64,000 bases of DNA. Source: Massalongia carnosa. Its lineage: Eukaryota. How positions within the stretch are numbered: position 1 is the stretch's first letter; every line of letters starts with the position of its first letter. Positions 62,148 to 64,000 of this stretch are shown here, piece after piece. The notes under the pieces were generated by a model. It ran no database searches. It saw only the letters and a program-made list of their open reading frames with translations, and was not told the origin of the DNA. A program made the position numbers and the translations under genes. The stretch covers positions 1,364,001 through 1,428,000 of the forward strand of contig OZ287075.1 in assembly GCA_965645245.1 (NCBI GenBank), written 5' to 3'.

Positions 62148-64000
62148 TCAATGTCTGGAAAGTTAGTATCGAGTTCGTGGGTGCTTTTTCTGTTCTCAAT
62201 GGATGATCAGATAACGGGAATCAGTCGATTTTGTTTATATTTTGCCGCAATCCCAAGTCGTGATGTCACGGCGCTGATAACGAAATTTATAGATGATGCA
62301 ATTATACCAACCGCTTATGAAGATGCGACAGATATTTCGCTAAAGTCCATCAGCATAAAAGCTCATAATTTATTCAACGGCAAGGATGGTCAGACGTGCA
62401 AAAGTACAAAGAACATCGAACTCACCCATCCCATATCTTTCGGTAGTGTAGGTCCATTTCAAATAAGCTCTTTCTCTAGTGCTAGCCAGCTTTCTCACGA
62501 TATTCTCCTCCATTTCACGTAATTTGACTGAACGGTTTAATGAGAAGTCCTGACAGATAGATCTGCTGTATCGCAAAACTTTGCATAGAAAAGAATGCAG
62601 AGCCTGACCTCAACTACAAGATTCACATTTACCGTTGCTGAAGCGGTGATAGCCCTTTTCGGACAGCATCGCTATCAATGCTATGTTCTTACCTAGCGTG
62701 TTGTTTCGAGTTTTATCAAAATTGCTTTTCGGCAATGTTCAACTATCCAAAAGTAAGCTTTCGTCATGCATACCAAGAGGGATTCTTTTTTAGATCTTCG
62801 AAGTAATTTACCGGCTTACCGCATACTAAGACATTTTATAACCATTCTAGGTGATGAGTGTATGCCCATAGTCTATCACATCACTGACGCCAGAAGTTAG
62901 GGACACACCGGGTTGCATGCTGTAGAACCAATGGAACAGTTGCCAGGAGGAAAGGTAGCGTACGAGTACCTATGAGCATGGCGCTGCCGACAAAAAGTTT
63001 GGCAAGGACTAGAAAATTATTCCAGGGATGAAGGTAGGTTTCATATTGCAAAATAATGGCCTAGACTGGAGGGACTAGATGAAAGAAGATTTAGAAACAT
63101 TGAATTGAAATTATTATCAGTAGAGTATTCCGTACATGCGATATATAACATAGTAACGTGATGATGTTAGGACTTTCGTCTGGGCTACATCTGCGGACAT
63201 CTGTAAATGAACAAATAAAATCTTTTGCATTCAGTCTAACTAGAGCGATGAACCTCAGCAATGGTAGACAATGGTTAGAATTATGGCTCTTGTCAGCTCT
63301 CCGAGGCCTTATCTTTTGATTGCGTGCTTAACTGCTATGGCTTCCGAAGTCCAATCGCCAGCAACATCGCGGGCTCCTACAACTAGGGTTATCGTAGTAC
63401 AATATGAAGACGAGAAGACCAAGAGGTGCGTGGCAGTTTTTCAGAGACTTTTGCCACTCTGAGTCCTGGTTTCTCTTCTCTTCTTTCACAAAGGGGTTGT
63501 AGGCATATACAAGTCTCATGCAATCTTTCATGTTAGCGTGAGGACAGAACATGTTTACTTCAATAGCTCCAAATCGTCTTCAAGGAGCCAAACCTAGATT
63601 CTAAGGGGCAGAAACCGCAAGATGTGCGAAACCACCCACCCCCATCTATCCTCCCCTCTGGCTTAACCTTCCCCTATACCCATCCACTTCTCCATACCAC
63701 ACCCTGGATTAATCCTCCAACCCCTTCATATCGCTAAAGGTCTTCTTCACCTATGATCAAAACACTTAACCTACGTAGCCACATTTTCGTATATGTAATT
63801 GTTCTATAAAAACACAATGGAATCGCAGAGCTTGACGCCGAGTTCCTCATGATTGGGGGGAAGGGCAGGAGATTAAGGGTCACTTTTACGTTTCCGGGTT
63901 GGGGCGAAGTACTCTGCAGTTTCGTTAAATGCGAATTCAGTCTGTATGCCTCCTCATCCGTTACATGCTTCTCCTCGGAATATTCTTATCCTCCCAGTAA

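Overview
Eukaryotic, intron-containing fungal (Pezizomycotina-type) genomic DNA. The species cannot be determined from the sequence. The window holds about 19 intact protein-coding genes and one intron-containing tRNA-Asn(GTT). Genes with recognisable identities are ERG1, two tandem Nudix hydrolases, an ADP-ribosylglycohydrolase, a DJ-1/PfpI protein, an Ost-alpha/TMEM184 protein, an Acinus-like SAP/RRM protein, a secondary PKA catalytic subunit, VMA11, ROM2, a Cys2/CysA-type serine O-acyltransferase, OCH1, a TCD1/2-like protein and a PPN2-like phosphoesterase. The rest are DUF4336, DUF427, an Hsp70-NBD-like protein, a conserved hypothetical membrane protein and a small secreted Cys-rich protein. 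There are two full-length but broken DNA transposons: a Tc1-type DD34E element and an intron-containing piggyBac-like element. There are also three decayed genes (RING, F-box, MRJP/yellow). The most interesting signals are: (i) a compact Nudix-Nudix-ARH-DJ-1 neighbourhood that looks like an ADP-ribose turnover module, in which the DJ-1 member lacks its catalytic Cys; (ii) a piggyBac-like element flanked by TA rather than TTAA and inserted in a perfect 18-bp palindrome; (iii) recurrent TA-(3-6 nt)-TA chains resembling stacked transposon excision footprints. All family assignments are from motif recognition by eye; no database search was run. Exon boundaries were inferred manually.
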